NCBI GenBank assembly: GCA_965202585.1
Contig: OZ241826.1
Coordinates: 70,804,001-70,868,000, forward strand
From: Thalia democratica
Taxonomy: Eukaryota
DNA length: 64,000 bases
Reading direction: 5' to 3'
The notes beneath the pieces were generated by a model. It did no database searches. It worked only from the letters and a program-made list of their open reading frames with translations, and had not been told where the DNA came from. Position numbers and translations under genes: made by a program. Positions 13,562-25,074 of this stretch are shown here, one piece after another; positions within the stretch are counted from its first letter, which is position 1, and each line of letters begins with the position of its first letter.

Positions 13562-14110
13562 TCCAACGTGGTCTAAGAGTATAAATGCTCTTATGATAAG
13601 AGTATCCAGTATATTGGATTCACTTCACGACCATAATTAGAAAGAGTTAAAGAAAATTTAAAAGGCATAACAGCTTTATCTGACCACATTAGTAATTTTA
13701 ATGATTGTATAAATGAAAAAATAACTGTTAATAATTTTGGAATTTTTAAAGAATATAGAAATAAATTTGAGATCGTGATAAGTGAACCTCTGCTCATTAA
13801 ACGTTATAATCTAATTTTAAATAAACAATTAAGTAAGCCGGGTATCACCCATACACTAAAATTTTTTGATTAGTTTAATATACATTAGTTTAACAATGTG
13901 TAAATAATTATGTAACATATTATTTTTTTGTAGTCTATAATTTTAATTTATATATTGTATTACTTAAAATTTTTGTATACTTAGTTGTTTAACACTAATT
14001 TTTAGTTATTTCGAACAGTATTTTGTTGATAATGACTGACGAAAAGTCGAAACGTCGTCTGTGAATAAATTTTAAACTTGGAATGTGTTTCTCATCGAAT
14101 TGGTATTTAA
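13562..14110 (+). mobile_element. 5'-truncated Penelope-like retroelement relic (GIY-YIG endonuclease pseudogene plus 3' terminal region)
   Basis: 13562-13873 reads SNVV*EYKCSYDKSIQYIGFTSRP*LERVKENLKG...SDHI...SEPLLIKRYNLILNKQ. This fits the PLE GIY-YIG signature (VY-x-C...YIG-x-T-x-R-x-L-x-x-R-x-x-E...E-x-L-x-I...LNKQ) with two in-frame stops. Followed by TTGATAA-TGACTGACGAAAAGTC-GAAACGTC, typical of PLE termini. Confidence 0.8.
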
Positions 14111-14220
14111 AAACTAATTAAGTGTTTAATTTTTATATTATTTAGAAATATTTTTCAAATTGTTTCACCATAATACGCCCCTGGAAGATATTCAGTGTTG
14201 GCTAAAACTTGATTATAAAA

Positions 14221-14917
14221 TAGGAGTTGGCCACATACGGCCCGCTGAGTGAAAATGACTGGACCGATCTTTTTTTAATTTTCAATGGAATCTGGCCCGC
14301 AGATAAAAATGACCGGCCCGCAAAGGTCAATATTAAAAAAAAATTGTATCATAATTTTACAAAACAAAACTGCAACAGTTTGAAATTTAATAAAACTTTT
14401 TAAAATGGCTATTCTATTTTATGTCTATGGATAAAAACATCATTTTATATAGATATTTTGTATTGTTCAAACCTAATTTAATATCTTTTTTTGAATTACC
14501 TTAGCAAAGTGTTCATTTAAATCTAATATTTTACATATCACCTTTGTCAATTATCATGTTAGTTCTATTAAAAGACATTATTTAAACAACTAACACGTCT
14601 AAATCTACATCTTAATTGTCAGACTTAGAAACTTTTTTAAATTAGAAGGATTAAAAAACATGATCAAGCGTATCCATATAACAAGATTTCTGCTGGAACC
14701 GAAACTTTTATTTTAACTAGAATCCTACTGGATCTCGGTTTAAAATTAGAATCAAGTCAGATCTGGATAATATTTTCAAATCAGCAATCGGCCGTATCCG
14801 AATCTAAAAAGACATTATCAGACTGGATCCGGTAAATCACTAATTCGAAATGCTCCTGCCCACCAAAGACTTTTTTTTTGGATCCGGCCTACCGATTGAA
14901 AACTTTGCCCACCCCTA
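14221..14917. mobile_element. Non-autonomous hAT-type element
   Basis: Ends TAGGAGTTGGCCA / TTTGCCCACCCCTA. Perfect 8-bp TSD TTATAAAA (14213-14220, 14918-14925). Subterminal GGCCCGC repeats. Internal remnant of the TAGTGAT family ending GGATCCGGTAAATCACTA near 14832-14843. Confidence 0.8.
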
Positions 14918-16615
14918 TTATAAAACAAACTATTAGTTTGAAACAAGTACTAAAAGTTTGAAATAAACTTATATTTGTTTAAATTTGAGTTTTTGATAGT
15001 AGAGCTTAGTTCTAATTCAAAGTAGTCTATAAGTTAAAGAAGAAAGTAAAGCATTAAGAAGCTTAACAACTAAAATTTGTTTAACACTTAAAAAACCCTG
15101 ATGAAAATAGCGTGAAATATGTCTGGATTTTTGCACTGAGTGTCTTTTGTTTAAAATTAATTTTGACTTCGAATGTTTGTACTACTAAATACTAGTTTTA
15201 AGTTGAAAAAAAAATAGAACTAAAAAGCTTAAATAACTATAATTCATTAGAGAATTTTTTTTTTGAAACTGTAAAACTGAATTTATTCATTTTTAAGCTA
15301 CTTAGCTAAAATATCAAAAAATGACATTAATATATGAAAATCTTTATGATTTTAAAATAAGTACATATTATATAAAGGTTACATGTAAATTCAAATAATG
15401 TATTGAAACTTAAATTGTTTGTTTTCGTACTTAAAATGACATGGAAAGGTTTCAAAAAATATATAATTACAAAAAATTTAAAAATAGTCAAAAACAAAAT
15501 ATCACGTTATAAAGTGCTAGGGAATATGCTTTAATATAACTCAAGTTTGAATTTTTATATAATTAAAACAAATAAAGTTTGTTTGAGATAAATTTATTTC
15601 CTATAAGTAAATAAGTGTAGTTAAACTTCAATAACTGTGTGAATTGAAATAAAATTGTAGCATCTATTTCTAAATCGTGCATAATCTTAATCAGTCTATT
15701 TATACTCACATTCTCAATTGAAAGTTTTGTGCAAATTAGTTAAAAGTTTTTGTTTTCAAACAAACTCTCACAAGTCATTAGTTTATTTTGACATTATAAA
15801 CAACTTTTAAGTTTACCTTATTTCAGTTGTTTATAAAAGTTGAACTGCACAAAAATTATTTAACTTAACTACTTTTTATATATTTATAGCATTTTATTGT
15901 TCATAGTCAACATTTAAAAACTTAGAAAAGTAGCTCAAAAAATATACTAAAGTTAGTAATTTTATTATGAATCTTTTTTTATTTTTTGCAAAATTAAACC
16001 TTTTTTTTCTTTTTCAGAGGTAGTACAAGTTCCAAGAAACCATTTTAAATCCCTCCTGTATCAAAACATGTTTTCTTTATTTGCACTAGTTTTTTTTACT
16101 GCATTATTAACCAAGGAGATTGATGTTTTTCAGAAGTAAAATACTTTCAAAAAATTTATTAATGCTCAAAAATTACTAATTGCTTATTTTGCTTGTTGTT
16201 AAAAATCTGGGCGAAACAAGCTTTTTGGTGCATATACTAGCAATTTGTAGGTAGTTTACTTATTGAACTAATGTCAATTTTTCATGCTAAAATAATACCA
16301 AAATTCTAAGCAGTTCTGAAAAAATGTTGTGAAGTAGTCACTTATCTGCTAATTTATCTTCTTTTCCTCAAAACATTTATATTTTTTAGAGTCATTTTAA
16401 ACTGTATAATTAGTTTTGCATGGACTAGAGGTGGGCAACGTACTACAACCAACATAAGGTATTGAAGTGTGTTATTTATGATAAATGCAAAAAGTGTTCA
16501 TGTTCTTATACTTTAATAGATGTATCGAATACCTAGCTAAAAATGGTTTATTGTAATTACTAAAACTATTTTAAGATAAAAATGTAAAAACATTTTTTGT
16601 ACCTAAAAAATAGAC

Positions 16616-17113
16616 TAATATTGTTTATTGAACGATAGAAAAAGCGCTCAAAAAGTTCGGTCTAAGGACATGGTGTACAAAGGAACCTTTCGGTTATGCA
16701 GTCGTACACCACATGCTTATAAAGTTTCTTACGAGCTGTTACACATAGTTTTTTATCATCTAAATATTTAAATTTTTGGTAATAAAACAATCAGTTAAAC
16801 AAAATTAAAAATAAAAGAAAATAAAACTAAACGAAAATTAACCGAATTTTGTGTTTAATAATGTACTATGAATCTTGTTTAGTAACATAAAAACTCAAAA
16901 ATAAATATATACAACTTTGAATTAACTTTTAAAAAGAGATAAACAACACTAATAACAAACCTTTTAATTACTTGAACTATAGGTTACAACCTCTTCAAAG
17001 AAAGTAAAATGAACATTTTTACGAAATTTTTTTATAAGTATTTTGTGTTAAAAAGGTAATTTTATTTTATTGAATAATTTAACTTGAGCAGTAAAAATAA
17101 TTTTACATTTGAA
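16616..17113 (-). repeat. Dispersed repeat family D, left copy of an inverted pair flanking P1
   Basis: About 500 bp, reverse complement of 21387-21875. Core GGTGTACAAAGGAACCTTTCGGTTAT(C)GAGTCGTACACCACATGCTTATAAAG. Confidence 0.85.
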
Positions 17114-18242
17114 CGGTTAAATCAACTTTTGTTAAATTTTTCAAGAATTTTAAAGTAGTGATTTTTGCAATAACTGAATTTAAATTTTATTACGAAAATA
17201 TGAAGATAAGTACTATAAAATTCATGCTTTCAATAAGAAAAAAAAAAAAAACAAAAAAAAAAAACAATAATAATTTTAATAACAATGATATTAACAACAA
17301 CAAATTTCCTTTTATTGAATATTTTTTTTCTTTTTTAAACACTTGTCCAAGTCTTAAACTGCAACAGTAGAAAGCAAACAACATTTGCAAACGTAGATAA
17401 GAAGAGTTTTTCTTTTGATTTCCTCAAAAAAAAGAGGTTTTTTAACATAAGTTTGCTTGAAACAGTAATCTCAGCTTACTACTTAAGTACTTTATTTTCT
17501 GTTAAAGTATAATATAAACATCTATAACTTTTTTTTTACACTTGTATGCTAAAAAAAATAAAAAAAAACAGTTTGTAAGCATAAAAAGTTTGTAAGTATT
17601 CGGAACTTAATTCAAAATAGTAATCTTAAAAAAAAATCTTAAAAATAACTAGACACAAAATGCTTAAACCTAGACTAAACCAATGTTATTGTAACCAAAC
17701 AAATCAAATTTCAATCAAAAAAAAAAAAACAAAAATATAAAACAAAAATATAAAAAAATAAATGAAATTTAGGGTATTAAATGACAAATACAATTAATTC
17801 CTTAAACAAAAGTAAATAGACGAGTAGGAATGATGACTAATGACGTTGATAATCACTATTTAATAGATAACTTTTAAGTTCATCCTGAAACTTTTTAAAA
17901 TGACTTATATTTTTTAAACATAATGGTAGCTTAGTCCATATTTATTCAAGCTAACTTCACACTCGTGTTTTTTAGAGTAAAAAATAACATTAAAATTCTC
18001 TTAATAAGATATATATATATACTTTAATACAATATAATGACTGTTAAGTGTTAAAGAAAATTAACTTGTCTTAGGGGCGTAAATTCAACTTTAAAGCTCT
18101 AAATAAACTGAGTACATCAAGGTTCATAGCAAAAAAAAAAAATAATTTAAACCTTACACTTACAAGTACCTAATAAAAAAACACCAGTTTATATCTTATT
18201 TTTATTACGATTTCCACCTTTGAGCTATATTTTTGCAACTTC

Positions 18243-20479
18243 TTACAACAAGTAAGCTCTGATCACCACGAAGCTCAACAAAATATTCCTCAAGCTAGGG
18301 TCGAGGCTGCTAGCAAAGCTGCACGTCACACCGTCACCGGCGAAACCCGGCAAGCACTTGCAGGTGAACTCAGCATCGGCTGACCGCTCGCACTCGGCAT
18401 TTTCAGAGCATTCCAACCCGGCAAGCTGGCACTGGTGAGCATCTGTGCAAGCTGGCAGCTTGCATTCTACCACCCTCGAAAGTTCTTCCTTGCAGTCGCC
18501 CCTCGCGCACATTCTCGTTTCGGTTCTTTTTCCGGCGCCGCAAATTCCCACGCACTTGCCGAGTTTCCAGCCGGTGTAGGCAGGAGCATCTGTGTTCAAC
18601 TTCAAAGTTAATAAAAGAGCAAATAGTTTCACGCTCTAGAAATATTGAAAAAAAGACTGATTTTGTAGTTTTTACTTTTTTTAGTAAATCTGTTCCGTTA
18701 CATATAAATATCTTCGACTTATTATTTACAGGGTGTTTCGACTAATTAACAAAAAATATTAAACAATTGCAACCAAAAATCACCTAGTGAGTTTTTTTAA
18801 TAAATATTAGTTAAAACAACGGGTTTTGTTTATTGATAGTTGTTCACCTATGTTCACCGTATTTTTACGAAGTTTGTGGGTCTATTAGGTTTAGAAATTT
18901 AAGATAATAAAAAAAATTTGGACTATCTATGCTAAAATAAGTCAAAAAATACTGAAATAAGTAAATCATTTAGCTTATTAAACACATTTTAAATCTATAA
19001 AAAGTATTAAGAGAAAATCTTAAGTTTATGAATTTTTGCAGACTTTTTTTTCTATAAGGGTTTTTTAATTTCAATGCTAACAACCACTGACAATAAATGG
19101 AGTGTGTCAATGTTTTTAACGAATACAAAACATATTGTACACACTTAAAAGGGATAAATAACAAACTGACCACTAGAATTGTTGGCAACCGGAGCCGGCC
19201 CATCTTCAATCCTCGTGCAGTTTACGCCGTCCCCTTTATACTCGACCAAACAAACGCACTTGTGTTCACCATCACTCATCTCGCATGCGGCGTGCGGCGA
19301 ACAATGCAGAGACTTGCAAATGTCGTCGCCGGTCGGGCAAGGCTGCGACCTGCAAACCGCGATCCGGTGCAAGTCCTCGCTGCAGATCCCACCCAGACAC
19401 TCCCTCGTGTCCTGCCTGGTTCCTTCTCCGCACGTCACGCTGCAACTTCCGATCTTCCAGTCTCCGTACAAGCCCTTGGCGATGCACTTCATGTCGAGCT
19501 CGTCGAAATTTCCGTCTTTTCCGCACACGCTCATGTCCGAGCCGCTACGCTGCTCATACCCGTGCGAGCAGAACAAGCTGAAAATTTCCCCCACTTTGAA
19601 CTTGCCGCCGGGAGGTAAATTTTTCGTGTAGGTGTTGGGGGGCAGCTTTGGTAAGTCGCACTCCGTTATCGTCGTTTTGATCCAGTCCACGTAGAAGGAA
19701 ATCCGCGTCCACACTTCGGGCGTCGCCTGGTTGCCGCAACCGTCCAGCCCGAAGCTCACCACTCCCCTGAGAACGTCGACTCCCCTGCTGTCGTCGCGAC
19801 AGACCAGGGGACCGCCAGAGTCGCCGCGGCACACCCCGGTGGTAGCGTGAGGGTTGTTGGCGCAGATGTGCGAGTTCCTGATGTAGCTGCCGTAGGCGAA
19901 GAGGCAGTCGAACCGCTTCGACACGTACACAGTTCCCTCCTGAAGCGTACGGTCCGTGCTGTCGGCTTTCTCAGACTGGGTTTCCCCGAAGCCTGCGATC
20001 TCGCACGGCGTTCCCACCCCTGCCGTGTCACTGCTGCTCAGCGGTAGCGCCACCGGCTGGATAAACTTACTGGGTTTGAACTTATATTTGAGCTCTATAA
20101 CGACCAGATCGTTGTTGTTGGGATCATAGTCTGGATGCTCGTACTTGGCTCTGGCAATGATGTTCTGCTCGTAGTTGAGAAATCTGGACGTCGGGTACCC
20201 GGCGTATACGTGGATGTTGTTGGCCGGGTGGTCGACGGTGCAGTGCGTTGCCGAGGCAACCCACTTGTCCCCGATGACGACGCAGCCGCAAATGAAGACT
20301 TCCTTCTGCGACTTTATCACGGCCAACGAGCAGTAGAAGTTCCATTTCCCTGGCGCCGCGTCATTGCCGCCGTATATTCTGCCTTCCAAGGTTTTGGCGT
20401 CAGAGTTGTCGTTAGCAAGCGCCAGAAGACTTAAGTTGAAAATTAGCAGTCCTACAAGTTTGTATTTATTTTTGACCAT
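18243..20479 (-). CDS. Protease P1: secreted S1A serine protease, SP-Trypsin-CCP-TSP1-EGF-TSP1-EGF-putative GPI signal, 551 aa
   Basis: Exon 1 20479-19171 (donor AGT G|gtcagt), exon 2 18589-18243 (acceptor cacag|AT), phase-1 intron, 1656 nt. LEGR|IYGG, ATHC, NNDL, GDSGGP (triad intact). CCP CDLP...FC...VC...KC; TSP1 WKIGSCSVTCGEGTRQDTREC; EGF CSPHAAC...CVCLVEYKGDGVNC; tail SFASSLDPSLRNILLSFVVIRAYLL. Confidence 0.92.
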
Positions 20480-20483
20480 CGCC

Positions 20484-20528
20484 CGTATTATACTAAATCG
20501 TATTATACTAAATCGTATTATACTAAAT
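20484..20528. repeat. 15-bp tandem repeat x3 immediately upstream of the P1 start codon
   Basis: CGTATTATACTAAAT repeated three times exactly. Confidence 0.95.
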
Positions 20529-21386
20529 CGCTTTTAGTTTTATTAGATTTCAACGACTTAGCTTAAAAATTTCGTTACTTAGTAACAGAAAAACAACTTT
20601 ATATTTATGCATCAAGTCGTTTTAATAAATTAGGTGTAGATAAAAAGCAAGTTTTTATACTTGACGATTATTTTCATTCGATTTATTTTTAAGAAAATTG
20701 GGTAACTAAATTTCCCACTAAGTAGCAACAAGTTAAGCTTACAAGTTTATGATTTTACTAAAATATAACATTTATATATTTTTACTTTAATTTTTGTTAT
20801 ATTTTATGTTTTTGTAGTATTTTTTTATGTTTTATACAACTTTTAATGTGTTTTTTTAGAAAAAATAGTTTAAAGAAAAATCTTGTCAAATATTTTTCAA
20901 ATAAATTCCAAGCACATAGTTTCAAATACTAATAACAAAATTAATCTATATTATTTTCCTGGACAAGACGTTAAAAGATACCCGTGTAATTTAATAATGG
21001 TCGTTTTAAAGTTGGTTGAAAAACTGTATAATTAAACTTCATTGTATAACATAAGTATATTCTAAAACAGAAATAAATTTGTTCTTATTAATACTATTAT
21101 TGTTTTTTTTTTATTAAAAGCATAAATTTTATAGTATTTATCTTTATATTTTCTTTTATAAAAACAAATTGTACAGTAATCTTCCTTTATTGTACCAACA
21201 TATGTTTCTCTGTGTTAACGAATCAACACACTTCAACTGGGTTGTGAATGGAAAGAAATCTCTTTACCTATATTTTAAACCTATATTTTTGAACAGTTAT
21301 ATTTTCTTTTATAAATGTTAAGTTCATTTATTGTAGAATACACTTCTTTAAAACTCTTTAAAATGTTACAATAGTTTATTTATCTA

Positions 21387-21875
21387 TTCAAATGTAAGAA
21401 TATTTTTACTGTTTAAGTAAATTTATTAATAAAAATAAAAATTACCTTTTTAGCACAAATTACTGATAAAAATTTGAGTAAAAATATTTCAGCGTATTAC
21501 TTTCTTTAAAGAGGTTGTAACTTATAATTCGAGTATTCACACCTTTGCTATTAATATTGTTTATCTCCTTTTATAGCTTAATTAAAAGTTATATACATTT
21601 TTTAGTTCTTATGTTACTAAACAAGATTTATAGTACATTCTTAAACACGTTCAATTAATTTTAGTTTAGTTTTCTTTTCTTTTATTTCGTTTAATTGATT
21701 GTTTTATGACTAAAGATTTAAATACTTAAGTGATAAAAAAACTATGTGTAATAGCTCGTAAGTAACTTTATAAGCATGTGGTGTACGACTCGATAACCGA
21801 AAGGTTCCTTTGTACACCAGATCCTTAGACCAAACTTTTTGAGCGCTTTTTTTATCGTTCAACAAAACAATATTA
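21387..21875 (+). repeat. Dispersed repeat family D, right copy of the inverted pair
   Basis: Aligns by eye along its whole length to the reverse complement of 16616-17113. Shorter copies lie at about 59190-59320 (-) and 63125-63250 (+), with a fragment near 20957. Confidence 0.85.
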
Positions 21876-22195
21876 CATTTTTAGCTTTGGAGCAAAACAC
21901 TTTAAATTAAAAAAGTATAGTTGACATAATTGATTAACTAGATCAAATCTTTCATACATAAAAAAAAAATTGATTAAAAAAAGATTACAACTAAAAAGTT
22001 GTTAGATGATAGTTTAAAAGATAAAGTTAAAAAAAATTGCTACAACTTTGTTACGTGAATTATATAAAATAAATGAAAACAAAAACTTGATACCACACTA
22101 AATAATTTATTTTTTATAAGTTTATTATAGTTATTGTATTTAGCATTTGTAGAGTATTTAGCAGCTTTAAGCTTTTTTTATAGTCATTTTAGGCT

Positions 22196-23302
22196 TTACA
22201 AAACTTCATATGTAGACATACATTTAAGAGTAATGTAAACCACAGTTTGCAAAACTGCCATTCTTATTACCATTTCTAAAGAACAAGCCGCTGAAGATGT
22301 TTTAGGTGACTCATTTTTAGGCAACGTAGATTCAGTGACAGATTTTTTTGCATGAGTACTGGTAGTCTCAGAATTTTTAGCATGAGTGCTGGTAGTCTCA
22401 GAATTTTTAGTAGAGGTTGTTGTAGGTATTTCTGTTTTTTTAGTAACGGGGGTTTTAGACGCAGTAGAAGGATTTTTGGTACTTTCACCCTTCAAGTCAA
22501 CTGAAAATATGTTTTTTATCCATTCCTTGTACCAAGAGACTCTCGCAAAGACGTCCGCGACGTCAGTCAAGCCGCACTCGTCAGCGCCGAAGCTCGATAT
22601 CCCCCTCAACACGTACTGCTCCCGGGAAGCATCGTAGCAAGCCATCGGACCTCCGGAGTCTCCCAAGCAGATCCCGATCGGCGCGTTGGGCTCGTTGGCG
22701 CAAAGTTGCGAGTCTTCAACATCAGCAAAACTGTTAAAGCACTCTTCCTTGCTCACAATGTGCATCACCGCCTCCTGCTGATTTTTGTCTTCCGGCTCGT
22801 CAAAGTCCGTGTCACCGAACCCGATGACGTCACATTTCGATCCGACCGCGACGAGATCGTTTTTGCCCGTTGGCAGCAAGATGGGTTTGACCGAATCGTC
22901 GAACTTCAAACTTTCTTGCAGTTGGAGCAACACGATGTCGTGAATGAGCGTGTCGTCGTTGTACTGGGGGTGCTCGTACTTTTCTTGCGCTTTCACGCTC
23001 TGAGTGTAGCTCGATAATTTCGAGCTGGCGAACCCGGCGTCCACCGTGATTCCGCTGGCGGGCTCGCCGACAGTGCAATGGGATGCGGACAGGATCCAGT
23101 TTTCGGCAATTATTGAGCCTCCGCACACAAAGTAAGAGTCGTCAGTTTCTGATCCTTCAATGCTCAGATGAACGTAGAAAGGCCATTTACCCGGTGCCGC
23201 ATCGCTGCCTCCGTATATTCTGCCTTGAATGGAAACAGCGTGGGAACGTTTACACAGTTGAAAAGAAATTGAAACAAAAAGTAAGCATGTGAACAAACGC
23301 AT
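22196..23302 (-). CDS. Protease P2: intronless S1A serine protease with Thr/Ser/Lys-rich mucin-like stalk and C-terminal hydrophobic (GPI-like) tail, 368 aa
   Basis: Single ORF. Signal peptide, IQGR|IYGG, ASHC, IHDI, GDSGGP. T/S/K-rich stalk with KNSETTSTHA x2. Ends TSSAACSLEMVIRMAVLQTVVYITLKCMSTYEVL. Confidence 0.9.
   Translation of the reverse strand: MRLFTCLLFVSISFQLCKRSHAVSIQGRIYGGSDAAPGKWPFYVHLSIEGSETDDSYFVCGGSIIAENWILSASHCTVGEPASGITVDAGFASSKLSSYTQSVKAQEKYEHPQYNDDTLIHDIVLLQLQESLKFDDSVKPILLPTGKNDLVAVGSKCDVIGFGDTDFDEPEDKNQQEAVMHIVSKEECFNSFADVEDSQLCANEPNAPIGICLGDSGGPMACYDASREQYVLRGISSFGADECGLTDVADVFARVSWYKEWIKNIFSVDLKGESTKNPSTASKTPVTKKTEIPTTTSTKNSETTSTHAKNSETTSTHAKKSVTESTLPKNESPKTSSAACSLEMVIRMAVLQTVVYITLKCMSTYEVL
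22351..22410 (-). repeat. 30-bp coding tandem repeat x2 in the P2 stalk (KNSETTSTHA)
   Basis: Units 22351-22380 and 22381-22410 are 29/30 identical. Confidence 0.95.
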
Positions 23303-25074
23303 GCTTTTTTAAAAATTTTATTTTCCCTTTGTCTCTTATTTTGATAAAGCTAAGACTTATTTTTCCAAGCTGTTACTATGGAGTTATACTAAATTATTCT
23401 TAACAATATTGATAAACGAAAACATTATAATGTTATGCTAAAACATTATGCTAATTTACAGTAAAACGACGTATTTAGTTTTTATGCATTACTTGTTATT
23501 GGAGACTATTGAGTAATAATTACTACTTTCATGTTTTATATTTAACATTATTTTAATTGTGTTTTTATACTTAAAAATATCTTTTTTTACATTTCGTCTT
23601 TAATTAGCATAAGTAAAGAAATTAAAGTTTAATCTTTTCTTTTCGAATTTTTAGTTGTAAAATGCTTACTACTTAGAAAAACTTACATTTTTATATAATA
23701 CTTCAGTTTTGAAAACGTATACAAAATCAAACTTGCGCAAATAACAGTTTTATTTAAACTTTATTCTAATCATGCAAGAAAAATGTTACTAGAACTTAAT
23801 TTCTAAGAAGAATTAAATTAATGCTTTGTTTTTTATTTATCAGAAGTCTAAAAAATATTTTTGTCTTTAAAATATGTTTTTAAAAGCTTACAAACAAAAA
23901 CTTTACTTTGATAGTAGCAAAATTGGTCCATTAAAAAAAAATTCTCAATTTAAAGACAAGTACTAAACTTTTATCATAACAAAAATCACAAAAAACGAAA
24001 AATTTATAACAAAATATAGTTAGCTTTTCTAATACAAGTAAAAAACTCTAAACAACATTAAATTATACTCAGCAAACTCAAATTCATTATTCTTCAACAT
24101 CAGTCAGCAACAATCCTTATCTCCTACTATCTTTGTGTTTAAAATTTTCACAATATTTTACTGCTTTATGAGTAAAGCGCTTAATAAAATTCAATCTACG
24201 ATACACTTTTCAGCGTACAAAGTTGTATTTATTTCAAAAGTACTTTTAATTAAAGGCAGTGAACTAGTTCAAATGTTGTTGAGAACCAAAAACAGTGATA
24301 CCGCGTTCTATTAGCTTGTCTAAAAACCTAGATACCGTTAACAGACTGTCTGCTTCATCGCAGCGAAATTGGTTTTAGCTGCATAAAGTTATCCTTGTAG
24401 AACTTAACAAAAGAGCTCTTTAAAGTATCTATTACATTGATGATGTTTTTTGACTCACTCATAAACAAAACTATTTGAACACAAGATCAATTAATGAAGT
24501 ATATAATTCATGAGTATATTGAATTAATCAAGACTTATTCAGTAAATATCTTTTAAAAAACTTAGTCCAAAAACTTTATATTAAATTTACATAAGTAATG
24601 TATGAAAGTTATTGTATGTTGAAATTTATTTTGACGCGTTTTCAATAGAAATAAGTTAAACTGCTATACAGAGCTAGCAGTGTCAGCCAAACAGCCTGCT
24701 GTTCTAACTGCTTTACTTTACGAAAGAATCGATTTTTGAACATATCTTAAAATTCGTTACTTATTAAATACTATTACTGATACTATACACTGCAATACTT
24801 TACTAGATTTTGTTCTAATTAAAAAACAATGTGATAAATTTTAAACTTGTAATAAGTTTAGCAATAATGTATTATACATTTTTATTAACTAAGGTAATTT
24901 AAGACGTATCATTATTCTTCTTAAAATGAAAATATTTTATTATTTTATAATATCAGGTTCAAACTTATTATTTATCGTAATAACGTACACAGTTGCTAAG
25001 TAACAATAATTGAAATTTTAACACAAAGTTAAGTTTGATCGTTTTTAGGTTCATATTTTAACTTTCAGAAAAGC

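Noticed and set aside
15098-15130. CTGATGA...GAAA hammerhead-like cores (also near 38355 and 63059)
   Set aside because: No convincing stem II/I pairing. Several CTGATGA hits are expected by chance in 64 kb of this composition.
19822-19830. RGD in the P1 catalytic motif (CRGDSGG)
   Set aside because: It is part of the oxyanion-hole/Asp194 motif, is buried in the active enzyme, and is not conserved in the paralogs.
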